DNA from: Desulfotalea psychrophila LSv54 | GTDB lineage: Bacteria; Desulfobacterota; Desulfobulbia; Desulfobulbales; Desulfocapsaceae | Direction: 5' to 3' | DNA: 32,000 nucleotides | Assembly (NCBI RefSeq): GCF_000025945.1 | Contig: NC_006138.1 | Span: forward strand, 900,001-932,000 | Shown here: one piece after another, positions 7,920-17,509 of the stretch | Layout: every line of letters begins with the position of its first letter | Position numbering within the stretch: the stretch's first letter is position 1 | Notes under the pieces: model-generated | What the model was told of the DNA's origin: nothing | What the model saw: the letters and a program-made list of their open reading frames with translations, nothing else | Database searches by the model: none | Position numbers and translations under genes: made by a program

Positions 7920-10484
7920 CTAAGCCTTTTTCTTTATGGTTAACAGAGGACTTGCAATAAAGATAGAGGAGTAGGTTCCAACGATGATACCAATAAGCAG
8001 GGTAAAGGAAAAATCGTGAATTACCGGGCCACCCATAAGGAAAAGAACAAGGAGGACGAGAACCGTGGTCAGGGAAACAATAATTGTTCGACTGATAACC
8101 TGATTTACACTGTTGTTAATGATAGAGAAAAAAGAGTCGTGTTTATCGGCTTTTTGGGTGTTTTCTCGAATACGATCAAAGACAACAACGGAGTCATTAA
8201 GCGAGTAGCCTGCCAGGGTTAGCAGGGCCGTGACAATAAGCAGGGTGATCTCTATATTCATCAGCCAGCAAAGACCGAGTACCACTAAAACATCGTGGAA
8301 GGTTGCAGCGGCTGCCGCAAGTCCAAAACGAAAGTCAAATCGCAGGGCGAGGTAGAGAATAACACCAACCATGGATATGACGATGGCGAGGATTGCCTTG
8401 TCTCGTAATACGGCACTGACCGATGAACCGATTTCAGATTGGCTTTCAAGGGTGAAGGTCTTATCGGTTATTTTGCTACCGAGAATCTTATCAGCTTGTT
8501 CGCTCAAGTTGGCAACGGTCTCATCGGACTTTTTCAACTTGATCATGAGCTGATGTTCGTTCTCTACCTCCTGCAGGTTTGCTCCTTCAAGAGGGGTACC
8601 TTTGAAGGCATTACGTACTTCAGACATGGAAAAGTCACTGCTTACCTTGTACTGCAATAATGAACCACCGGAGAAATCAACACCAAGGTTGGCGGCACCA
8701 CGGCCAATTTGAATAACGGCAAAAAGGCCAATGATCACCATGACAGTAGATATGGTAAAGGAGATCTTACGCAGGCTGAGATAGTCAATTGATGGTCTCT
8801 TCACCAGCTCCATGAATTTCAGGGTCTTCATTGGTCTGATGGAGTTGATTGTTTCAAACATGGTGCGTGAAAAGAAGAGCGCTGTGAAGAGGTTGAAGAT
8901 AATACCCAGGGAGAGGGTAATGGCAAAACCTTTAATTGGGCCTGTTCCAAAGAGGAAGAGGGCCATTGCTGTAATAAGTGTTGTTACCTGGGAATCGACA
9001 ATGGTCCAGAAGGCCTTATCGAATCCTGCATTAATACTTGCCCGTACAGATTTTCCGAGGGTGTACTCATCACGCATTCGTTCAAAGATGAGGACGTTGG
9101 AATCGACGGCCATACCAATGGAGAGAATGATACCTGCAATGCCCGGTAGGGTAAGGGTGGCATTGAGAATGGCAAGCCCGGTGAAGAGGAGGAGGATATT
9201 GAGGAAGAGGGCTGTGTTGGCTATAACACCGGAGAGACGGTAGTAGATGGCCATGAAGATCAAGACCAACAGGGTGCCAAAGAGACCAGAGTAGAGACCC
9301 TTGTTAATAGAGTCCTGGCCAAGACTTGCGCCTACTGTGACATTTTGGATAATATCAACCGGTGCAGGCAGGGCTCCAACACGGAGGACAATGGCCAGAT
9401 CGGCCGCATCTTCGTGGCTGAAGGAGCCTGAAATTTGCGCGGACCCGCCGATAATTCGTTCCCTGATAACGGGGGCAGAGCGAACAACATTATCCAGGAC
9501 AATGGCCATTCTACGCCCAACATTCTGTTCGGTGATTTTGGCAAAGACTCGGCCGCCACGACCTGTCATGTCCAGACTGACATAGGGTTCGTTAAAGGTG
9601 CCGCCAATACGTACCTGGGCATCTTTGATCATGTCACCGGTCATCAAAACCTTGTTTTCAAGCAATAGGGGGGTGACGATCTCTTTGCCTGTTTTAGGGT
9701 CTATGTCTTTTTCAAAATAAATTGAAGTCCCTTCGGGCAGAAGAGATTCAATAGCGCGATTAAGCTTTACTGTATCCTCACCATCCTGCCACTTCTTTGT
9801 ATCCCGGGCCTGGTTGATGATCTGTCTGAGATTAACACCTGGGGTGTCGGAAACTACTTTAAATTCAAGTTGAGCTGTATCGCCGAGGAGTTTAAGTGCT
9901 CGTTTTGGATCCTTGACCCCGGGAAGTTGGATGACGATCTCATCGTTGCCCTGGCGGATGATAACAGGTTCGGCAACACCAAATTGATCGATACGGTTTC
10001 TGATGATCTCAAGAGACTGGTTGACGGCATTATCGTAAATAAAATCTTTCTTCTCTTGGGTGAGAGTAAGGGCTATGCGGGGAAAAGAGCCCTCCTTGTT
10101 ATCAATGCGAACATTGATGTTAGGGAATTCACTGTCGATGATAGTTTTTACTTTGCCTATTGCGCTGGCGTTGGGCAGGGTGAAGACAATGGTGTCTGCT
10201 TGGCCCGAGGGGGTGCGTACGGCACTTATAGACTCTTCTGCCAGGGTGTCCTTGAGGTCGTTGGCTGCAAACTGGAGGGCATTTTCTTCAGCCTTGGGCA
10301 GGTTGACCTTGAGGACGAGATGCATGCCACCCTGAAGATCAAGTCCTAACCTCAGTCCTTCAGGTGCCATATATTTCTTCCACCAATCAGGCGTTGAAGA
10401 ATAGAAGGAGGGCATGAGCGTGATACCAGACATGCAGACCAGGCAAAAAAGGAGGACAAGTTTAATTTTTAATTTCGATTTCAT
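7920..10484 (-). CDS. secDF: Protein translocase subunit SecDF (SecD-SecF fusion)
   Basis: SecD motif GLRLGLDLQGGMHLVLKV, AGIILSIGMAVDSNVLIFERMRDE, then SecF-type VDFSGGSLLQYK and YSLNDSVVVFDRIREN in one ORF. The start may be ATG at 10484 (MKSKLKIK) rather than 10523. Confidence 0.95.
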   Translation of the reverse strand: MKSKLKIKLVLLFCLVCMSGITLMPSFYSSTPDWWKKYMAPEGLRLGLDLQGGMHLVLKVNLPKAEENALQFAANDLKDTLAEESISAVRTPSGQADTIVFTLPNASAIGKVKTIIDSEFPNINVRIDNKEGSFPRIALTLTQEKKDFIYDNAVNQSLEIIRNRIDQFGVAEPVIIRQGNDEIVIQLPGVKDPKRALKLLGDTAQLEFKVVSDTPGVNLRQIINQARDTKKWQDGEDTVKLNRAIESLLPEGTSIYFEKDIDPKTGKEIVTPLLLENKVLMTGDMIKDAQVRIGGTFNEPYVSLDMTGRGGRVFAKITEQNVGRRMAIVLDNVVRSAPVIRERIIGGSAQISGSFSHEDAADLAIVLRVGALPAPVDIIQNVTVGASLGQDSINKGLYSGLFGTLLVLIFMAIYYRLSGVIANTALFLNILLLFTGLAILNATLTLPGIAGIILSIGMAVDSNVLIFERMRDEYTLGKSVRASINAGFDKAFWTIVDSQVTTLITAMALFLFGTGPIKGFAITLSLGIIFNLFTALFFSRTMFETINSIRPMKTLKFMELVKRPSIDYLSLRKISFTISTVMVIIGLFAVIQIGRGAANLGVDFSGGSLLQYKVSSDFSMSEVRNAFKGTPLEGANLQEVENEHQLMIKLKKSDETVANLSEQADKILGSKITDKTFTLESQSEIGSSVSAVLRDKAILAIVISMVGVILYLALRFDFRFGLAAAAATFHDVLVVLGLCWLMNIEITLLIVTALLTLAGYSLNDSVVVFDRIRENTQKADKHDSFFSIINNSVNQVISRTIIVSLTTVLVLLVLFLMGGPVIHDFSFTLLIGIIVGTYSSIFIASPLLTIKKKA

Positions 10485-10784
10485 CGGTAACCTTGCGGAT
10501 TTCTTTTTTATATTTGGCGTCATGCATAAGTGAAAGAAACCACTTATACCTTGTCATACCATGGGGGGTATGCGCAACAGGCACGCAACAATAATGAGCG
10601 ATCTAGAATGATTCTCCAAACCTTACGATTATACTCTAAAGCCTAAATCTTGCAAGTTTATGACTAAAAAATATCGAGAGAAACTGTGCCCTTGGGATTT
10701 TGTTTCTGAGGTGTTTGAGGGAAAATGGGAAATGACCAGACAGGACAAAGCTTATCTGTCTGTTTCTCCGTGGTAAAGAGGCGG

Positions 10785-11549
<765 letters not shown>

Positions 11550-11666
11550 GGTGTGCTCTTATCGTGTGGAGAAGGGTTCTGGTGGATGAGTCCAGTCATT
11601 GCCTTAAGAGAAGAGGGGGCGGCTTAGGCCCCCCCTCCTCTCAGACTGGCTTTGTCGTAGGAGTCT

Positions 11667-12464
11667 TTAGCGATTGGGCTCGGTGTTAATCGTATTGTCC
11701 TCATCGTCGGCGACCTTAGTCCAATCGGGCAACTTAAAGTCAGGAAACCAAGAGAAAAGAGGGCGACGCGGTGGATTGCCAGCCTGTATTTCTGCCAGAA
11801 TCTTCTCTGCCTTGGGGATTACATTGGTATTTGGGTAGGCGGTGATAAGGTATTCCAAGCGGGTCTCTGCCTGTTCGTATTTTTCTGTTCTCAGATAAAA
11901 TTCAATGACGGCAAATTCATGATCTGCCAGGAATGAAATTGCCTCTGCAATATTTTTTCTGGCGTTGGTAGTATAGGGCGAATTGGGGAATGCCCTGAGT
12001 AGTTGGCTGAAGAAATCGACAGCCCTGCGGGCAACAATGGGGTCCCGGTCAATACGATCAATTTGTTTGTAATTAGACATGCCCTTTTGGTACATGACGT
12101 AGGGAATCGCCTCATTAGTTGGGTGACGATCCTCAAAATCCTGATATTGAGCAAGGGCTTCGGGGTATTTATCCATATAGTAATTACAGTCGGCAGCCTT
12201 GAGCTCTGCAAGTGGGGCTTCGGGGCTAAATGGGTATTTTTCAAGAATTTCTTGAAAATAGGAGATAGCGCCAAAATATTTTCCGACATTGTAATCTTCC
12301 ATACCTTTTATGATCAGGTCGTTAGCAGGAAATTCAAGGTCAGGTTTTTCGTAGGTGATATCAAACATTGATTTCATGTCGGCGCAACCACCTAGAAGAG
12401 ACATGGCAATGATAATGATGGCAAAGCTGTGCAGAGATTTTCTCACAAAATGTATTCCGTTCAT
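11667..12464 (-). CDS. bamD: Outer membrane protein assembly factor BamD (lipoprotein, TPR)
   Basis: Signal peptide with lipobox-like LLGGC; YFQEILEKYPFSPEAPLAELKAADCNYYMDKYPEALAQYQDF...HPTNEAIPYVMYQKGMS. Confidence 0.88.
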   Translation of the reverse strand: MNGIHFVRKSLHSFAIIIIAMSLLGGCADMKSMFDITYEKPDLEFPANDLIIKGMEDYNVGKYFGAISYFQEILEKYPFSPEAPLAELKAADCNYYMDKYPEALAQYQDFEDRHPTNEAIPYVMYQKGMSNYKQIDRIDRDPIVARRAVDFFSQLLRAFPNSPYTTNARKNIAEAISFLADHEFAVIEFYLRTEKYEQAETRLEYLITAYPNTNVIPKAEKILAEIQAGNPPRRPLFSWFPDFKLPDWTKVADDEDNTINTEPNR

Positions 12465-12545
12465 TTTTTATTCCAAGAGGGATTGGTCTATGATGGCTGT
12501 TTTCGTCTTCCGGCGATCAGGCTACTTGCAGGAAGACGAAAAGAA

Positions 12546-13481
12546 TCACTTGAGGTTGTTGAGGTATTCTTCGGCAGCCAGTACAGCTACAGCACCTTCA
12601 CCCGCCGCGTTAATTACCTGACGGACATCTTTGCTAATGATATCTCCTGCTGCCATAACACCGGGAACCGATGTACGGGTCTCGATGTCAACGGGGATAA
12701 AACCCCATTTGTCGGCCTGTAGCTTTTCAAGGGGCAGGCAGCTGTTTAGGGGAGTAATACCCACAAAAATGAAGATGCCATGGGCATTAAGGGTTGATTT
12801 ATTACCATCTTTATCGATCAGCTGGATTCTTTCAACACCGTTTTCGCCTTCAATGGCCGTCACTTGAGAGTTCCAGATGAACTCAAGTTTCTCATTGGCC
12901 AGGGCAGATTCCTGCAGGACCTTTGTCGCCCGTAGTTCTTCGCGCCTGTGGATAACCGTTACCTTGCTAGCAAACTTTGTCAGATATTCAGCCTCCTGAA
13001 TTGCGGTGTTTCCACCACCAACAACGGCAACCTCCATATTTCTGTAAAACGGCGCATCGCATGTGCCACAATAGGAGACACCCTTGCCTCGCATCTCTTC
13101 TTCTCCAGGCACCTTGAGGGAATTTGCCCGGGCACCGGTACAGATGACCAAGGTGTCGAAGGTAATTGTCTGGCCATTATCGAGTTTGAGGGATTTTTTC
13201 TTTGGATCATCGAGGTTGACGGAGAGGACCTCCGCCATAAGGCTGTTGAGATCAAATCTCTTGGCCTGGGCAGACATCTTTTCAATAAGATCAAAGCCGG
13301 AAATTCCGTCGGGAAAGCCAGGGTAGTTATCAATCCAGTCGGTAAGAAGTACCTGTCCGCCGTGTGCACCTCGTTCAATCAGCACATGGTTAAGGCGAGC
13401 CCGGGCTGCGTAGAGTCCTGCGGATAAACCAGCTGGCCCGCCGCCGAGTATTACCAATTCGTAATGTGTAGTTTGTTCCAT
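12546..13481 (-). CDS. trxB: Thioredoxin reductase
   Basis: GGGPAGLSAGLYAAR, CGTC active site (YCGTCDAPF), VVGGGNTAIQEAEYL, GVMAAGDI. Confidence 0.95.
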   Translation of the reverse strand: MEQTTHYELVILGGGPAGLSAGLYAARARLNHVLIERGAHGGQVLLTDWIDNYPGFPDGISGFDLIEKMSAQAKRFDLNSLMAEVLSVNLDDPKKKSLKLDNGQTITFDTLVICTGARANSLKVPGEEEMRGKGVSYCGTCDAPFYRNMEVAVVGGGNTAIQEAEYLTKFASKVTVIHRREELRATKVLQESALANEKLEFIWNSQVTAIEGENGVERIQLIDKDGNKSTLNAHGIFIFVGITPLNSCLPLEKLQADKWGFIPVDIETRTSVPGVMAAGDIISKDVRQVINAAGEGAVAVLAAEEYLNNLK

Positions 13482-13567
13482 AGGAAAATCACTTGCTAAA
13501 GGAAAAAGAACATCTCTGTCCTGGGCAGAGGATTACCTTTGTTCAGGACAGAGTGAATAAATGGATT

Positions 13568-13894
13568 TTATAGAGCCTTGTTGCAGAGATCAACCAACTG
13601 TGTTTTACCAACTGCGCCGGTGAGCTGATCTATGGCCTCGCCATCTTTGAAGAGAATGATGGTTGGGATTGCCCTAATGCCATATTTGCCAGGAGTGTTA
13701 GGGTTGTCATCAACGTTCATCTTGGCAATGGTGACTTTTCCATCAAATTCGTTAGCGAGGTCTTCAATGACAGGGCCAATTGCCTTGCAGGGACCACACC
13801 ATGGGGCCCAAAAATCAACCAAAGTTGGTTGGCCTGAGCTGATTAATGTATCAAAATCTCCATCATTAACCTGCTGGACTTTTTCTGATGCCAT
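13568..13894 (-). CDS. trxA: Thioredoxin
   Basis: WAPWCGPCK active site, YGIRAIPTIILFKDG. Confidence 0.95.
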   Translation of the reverse strand: MASEKVQQVNDGDFDTLISSGQPTLVDFWAPWCGPCKAIGPVIEDLANEFDGKVTIAKMNVDDNPNTPGKYGIRAIPTIILFKDGEAIDQLTGAVGKTQLVDLCNKAL

Positions 13895-14229
13895 TGTGTT
13901 CTCCTTGTTTTGGTTAAATGAGTGTGTGTAATTTTTATATAAAAAGCTGAAATATTAAAAATATAGACGATTTTACCTTTTCATCCTTTCTCTTACAAGT
14001 AAATAGTGAAGAGCTGAAATAGGCAAGTAATTGTGAAAGTTTGTGCTTTATTTTTAACCCTGTACAAATTCCTACCCTGCTCATTCTTGACAAGAAAATC
14101 AAGTGCAGGGCCTGGAGTAAAAGAAAAAACTGTGGCGTGATATGTTGAGCGTTGTATTTTGTCCTAAAGTTTTTTAATTCAAAAGAATAAAAATTCCGTG
14201 TCCTTTTTTGGGTATGGTGAGGAGATAGT

Positions 14230-15522
14230 ATGGAGTCGTTGAAATCAAAAAAATTATTTGCAGAAGCCAAAAAAGTTATCCCCGGTGGGGTAAACAGTCC
14301 TGTTCGAGCCTGTCTCTCTGTTGGTTGTGACCCACTCTTTATAGAGCGCGCCGAGGGGAGTTATATTTACGATGCTGATGGGCAAAAGTACCTTGATTTT
14401 GTCAACTCCTGGGGGCCAATGATCATGGGGCATGCCCATCCGGATATAATCAAAGCCATACAGGATGCGGCGGTGTATGGCACCAGTTATGGTGCCCCGA
14501 CCAGTTCTGAGGTTGATCTCGCCTCCATGGTTGTTGAGGCTGTGCCGTCCATTGAGAAGGTGCGTTTTGTCAGCTCTGGTACCGAGGCGACCATGAGTGC
14601 GGTTCGCCTTGCCCGTGGCTATACAGGTAAAAATGTTATTGTTAAATTTGATGGCTGTTATCATGGTCATGCCGATTCTTTTTTAGTTAAGGCCGGTTCC
14701 GGTGTCCTGACCCTTGGTATTCCCGGTAGTCCCGGTGTGCCAGAGGATATTGTTAAAAACACCATCTCAATTCCCTACAATAGTGTTGAGGCCCTGGAGA
14801 CAACCCTGCGTGATGCCGATTTGAATATTGCCTGTGTTATAGTTGAACCTGTTGCCGGCAATATGGGTTGTGTGCCGCCAGCTCCGGGATTTCTGCAAAA
14901 ACTGCGAGAAATTACCGCAGAAGAGGGCATTGTTTTGATCTTTGACGAGGTTATCACAGGCTTTAGACTCTCCTACGGTGGTGCTCAACAATATTATGGG
15001 GTTACTCCGGATTTGACCTGTCTCGGTAAGATTATTGGCGGAGGCCTGCCCGTTGGTGCCTATGGTGGTAAGGCCGATATTATGAACAGTGTTGCCCCAG
15101 ACGGTCCTGTCTATCAGGCGGGCACACTCTCGGGAAATCCTCTTGCCATGGCTGCTGGTAAGGCTGCTCTGAAGTTGCTTCAGCAGGATGGATTCTATGA
15201 GGACTTGAACCAAAAATCCGCGGCCTATGCCGATGGTTTGCTTGAGGTGGCCGGGAGAGTTGGGCTACCTATGCAACTTAATCGGGTAGGTTCAGTGATG
15301 ACCTCATTTTTTACTGCGACGCCTGTCACTGACTTTGAAACAGCAATGAAGGCAGATACCGGACTTTATGGAAGGCACTACAGGCAGATGCTTGATTCAG
15401 GTATTTACCTTGCCCCGTCTCAATTTGAGTGCTCTTTCATGTCAAGCACTCATAGCGATGCAGATCTAAAAAGAGCGCTATTAGAGACAGAAAAGTCATT
15501 TTCTCTATTGAAAAATGCATGA
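14230..15522 (+). CDS. hemL: Glutamate-1-semialdehyde 2,1-aminomutase
   Basis: VIPGGVNSPVRA, SSGTEATMSAVRLARG, DEVITGFR, GKIIGGGLPVGAYGG. Confidence 0.96.
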   Translation: MESLKSKKLFAEAKKVIPGGVNSPVRACLSVGCDPLFIERAEGSYIYDADGQKYLDFVNSWGPMIMGHAHPDIIKAIQDAAVYGTSYGAPTSSEVDLASMVVEAVPSIEKVRFVSSGTEATMSAVRLARGYTGKNVIVKFDGCYHGHADSFLVKAGSGVLTLGIPGSPGVPEDIVKNTISIPYNSVEALETTLRDADLNIACVIVEPVAGNMGCVPPAPGFLQKLREITAEEGIVLIFDEVITGFRLSYGGAQQYYGVTPDLTCLGKIIGGGLPVGAYGGKADIMNSVAPDGPVYQAGTLSGNPLAMAAGKAALKLLQQDGFYEDLNQKSAAYADGLLEVAGRVGLPMQLNRVGSVMTSFFTATPVTDFETAMKADTGLYGRHYRQMLDSGIYLAPSQFECSFMSSTHSDADLKRALLETEKSFSLLKNA

Positions 15523-15602
15523 AAAATCATTGACTTTCAATAGGGGCCATGGTAGGAAAAAGTTCTATAGAAAAAATCTATACCTCTTTAGGAGGTGGAT
15601 CA

Positions 15603-15845
15603 ATGTCTAACGCAAAAAATGAGTTTGTTCAGTTGCTTGCAAACTACGGTCATGTGGGTTTTACCTTTGTCGCTTGTATTGTTCTTGGTTTTGGTGGTGG
15701 AATACTGCTTGATCAAAAGGTTTTTGACGGCAGAACTGCGCCTTGGTTCACCTTTATCGGCTTAGCCTTTGGTATTGTCGCAGGATACAAAACCCTACTG
15801 GAAGTCCTCTTTAAAAATAATAAAGAAGCAAATAAAAATGATTAA
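15603..15845 (+). CDS. AtpZ/AtpI-type small membrane protein of the F0 cluster
   Basis: Two-helix protein GFTFVACIVLGFGGGILLDQ...FTFIGLAFGIVAGYKTLLEVL. Strong SD (aggaggtggatca) before ATG at 15603. Directly upstream of the atpI-like/atpB genes. Confidence 0.75.
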   Translation: MSNAKNEFVQLLANYGHVGFTFVACIVLGFGGGILLDQKVFDGRTAPWFTFIGLAFGIVAGYKTLLEVLFKNNKEANKND

Positions 15846-15855
15846 GAGGGTTTGA

Positions 15856-16278
15856 GTGGTTGACGATTTAGCAAATTTGCAAAAAATGCAGGTAACGAGT
15901 TGGCTGTGTTTGGCTGTGATGACCATAGGGTCTGCTTTTGCGTTTTCTCTCTCTTTTGCGTTGTCTGTTTTTGTTGGTGGTGTTATATCCATCCTCAGTT
16001 TTTGGGCCTCGCACACAGACGTTGTTAGGTTTGTGACGGCGTTGACAGAGACTTCTGACCCGGAACAACGTAAAGAGAGGGCCAAGAAGGGCAAGGGTGG
16101 TTACTTGCTTAAGTTTTGGATACGAATTGCAATTATAGGTGTTATCTTGCTTCTGCTCATTAAAAGCGGAGAGATTAACATCTTTGGACTAATTTTGGGT
16201 TTGTCAACGGTAGTGTTTACGATCACGATTACCGCGGTAAATGTGGTTATGCACTATTTCTTCAGCGGAAGGAGGTAA
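15856..16278 (+). CDS. atpI: ATP synthase subunit I-like membrane protein
   Basis: Four predicted TM helices; position immediately upstream of atpB; GTG start. Confidence 0.65.
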   Translation: MVDDLANLQKMQVTSWLCLAVMTIGSAFAFSLSFALSVFVGGVISILSFWASHTDVVRFVTALTETSDPEQRKERAKKGKGGYLLKFWIRIAIIGVILLLLIKSGEINIFGLILGLSTVVFTITITAVNVVMHYFFSGRR

Positions 16279-16286
16279 AAGGAGTT

Positions 16287-17009
16287 ATGGAACATCCGAT
16301 ACTGTTCATTTCAATTATTTTGGAAAAGTTGGGATTGCCTGTGCCACATGGCCCTGTTGGTCAGACGTTTCTAGAAAAAATGTGTGAACCATACATGACT
16401 TACACATGGCTTGTTATGGCGTTCCTGTTTTTGGTGTCTAAGTTTACCCTGGGTAATTTAGAAATTATTCCAGGAAAAGGGCAGAATTTTTGGGAAATGA
16501 TTATTGGTGGTATGGATGATTTCTTTGCCGATAATATGGGCAGGGAGATGGCAGATAAGTTTTTTCCAATGATAGCTACCTTTGCCCTCTATATTGCAGT
16601 TGCCAACCTCATTGGTCTGATTCCAGGATTTATGTCTCCCACTGCCAGTATTAACACCACCCTGGCGTTGACTCTTATTGTCTGGGCTACCCATCATGTC
16701 ATCGGTTTTAAAGAGCATGGTCTTGGTTATTATAAGCATTTTATCGGGCCCATGAAGTGGTTGGTTCCTCTTATGCTACCCATTGAGCTTATCAGTAACT
16801 TTGCAAGACTTCTTTCTCTCTCCATTCGTCTCTTCGGTAATATTATGGCGAAGGAAGTATTGCTTGGTATCCTCTTTGGACTTGCAGGTATGTTCTTTGC
16901 TCCACTGCCAATTATGGTACTTGGTGTTTTGGTATCGCTTGTCCAGGCAATGGTTTTCGTACTCTTGACAGTTGTATATTTTGCTCAGGCGCAAGAGCAC
17001 GCGCATTGA
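16287..17009 (+). CDS. atpB: F0F1 ATP synthase subunit a
   Basis: NLIGLIPGFMSPTASINTTLALTL and PIELISNFARLLSLSIRLFGNIMAKEV with the essential Arg in the RLFGN context. Confidence 0.96.
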   Translation: MEHPILFISIILEKLGLPVPHGPVGQTFLEKMCEPYMTYTWLVMAFLFLVSKFTLGNLEIIPGKGQNFWEMIIGGMDDFFADNMGREMADKFFPMIATFALYIAVANLIGLIPGFMSPTASINTTLALTLIVWATHHVIGFKEHGLGYYKHFIGPMKWLVPLMLPIELISNFARLLSLSIRLFGNIMAKEVLLGILFGLAGMFFAPLPIMVLGVLVSLVQAMVFVLLTVVYFAQAQEHAH

Positions 17010-17106
17010 TAATAAAACGAAGATAATTTCTCTCAATAGGTGAGAGAAACACTTTAGCAGTATAAATAGAAGAAGGCCAAAAAAACTATTTTAAAGGAGA
17101 ATAAAC

Positions 17107-17358
17107 ATGGAAGGTAACATTCAACTCGCTCTTATTTGTGTAGGTGCTGCTCTCTCTATTGGACTTGCCGGTCTGGGTGCTGGTATCGGTATTGGTTCCG
17201 TTGGACAGGGCGCTTGTATGGGTCTTGCACGTAACCCAGAAGTTCAGCCTAAATTGATGGTTTTCATGATTCTCGGTATGGCTCTTGCTGAGTCTATTGC
17301 TATTTACGGACTCGTTATTTCTTTGATTCTTCTCTATGCTAACCCTCTTTTGGGATAG
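17107..17358 (+). CDS. atpE: F0F1 ATP synthase subunit c
   Basis: 83-aa two-helix proteolipid, GQG, loop ARNPE, carboxylate helix ALAESIAIYGLVISLILLYANP; SD aaaggag. Confidence 0.97.
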   Translation: MEGNIQLALICVGAALSIGLAGLGAGIGIGSVGQGACMGLARNPEVQPKLMVFMILGMALAESIAIYGLVISLILLYANPLLG

Positions 17359-17391
17359 TCTGAGCGAAATAAGGTCGATTGAGACTGTTGA

Positions 17392-17428
17392 GGGAGTGTG
17401 GGTTTTTTTACCTGCACTCCCTTTTTTT
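17392..17428 (+). terminator. Terminator of the atpB-atpE cluster
   Basis: GGGAGTG...CACTCCC followed by a T7 run. Confidence 0.85.
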
Positions 17429-17509
17429 GTTTGTTGTACATTGGGATAATCGTGCTTAAATATTTTCTGTCTTTTTGTTTAAGCTAATATCTCTTAAGGG
17501 GAGTATACG

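Noticed and set aside
12948-13427. 159-aa and 132-aa ORFs overlapping trxB
   Set aside because: Both overlap the clear thioredoxin reductase gene in other frames and have no motif of their own.
13935-14270. 111-aa minus-strand ORF between trxA and hemL
   Set aside because: AT-rich with no domain, and it overlaps the hemL start. The spacer is better explained as a divergent promoter region.
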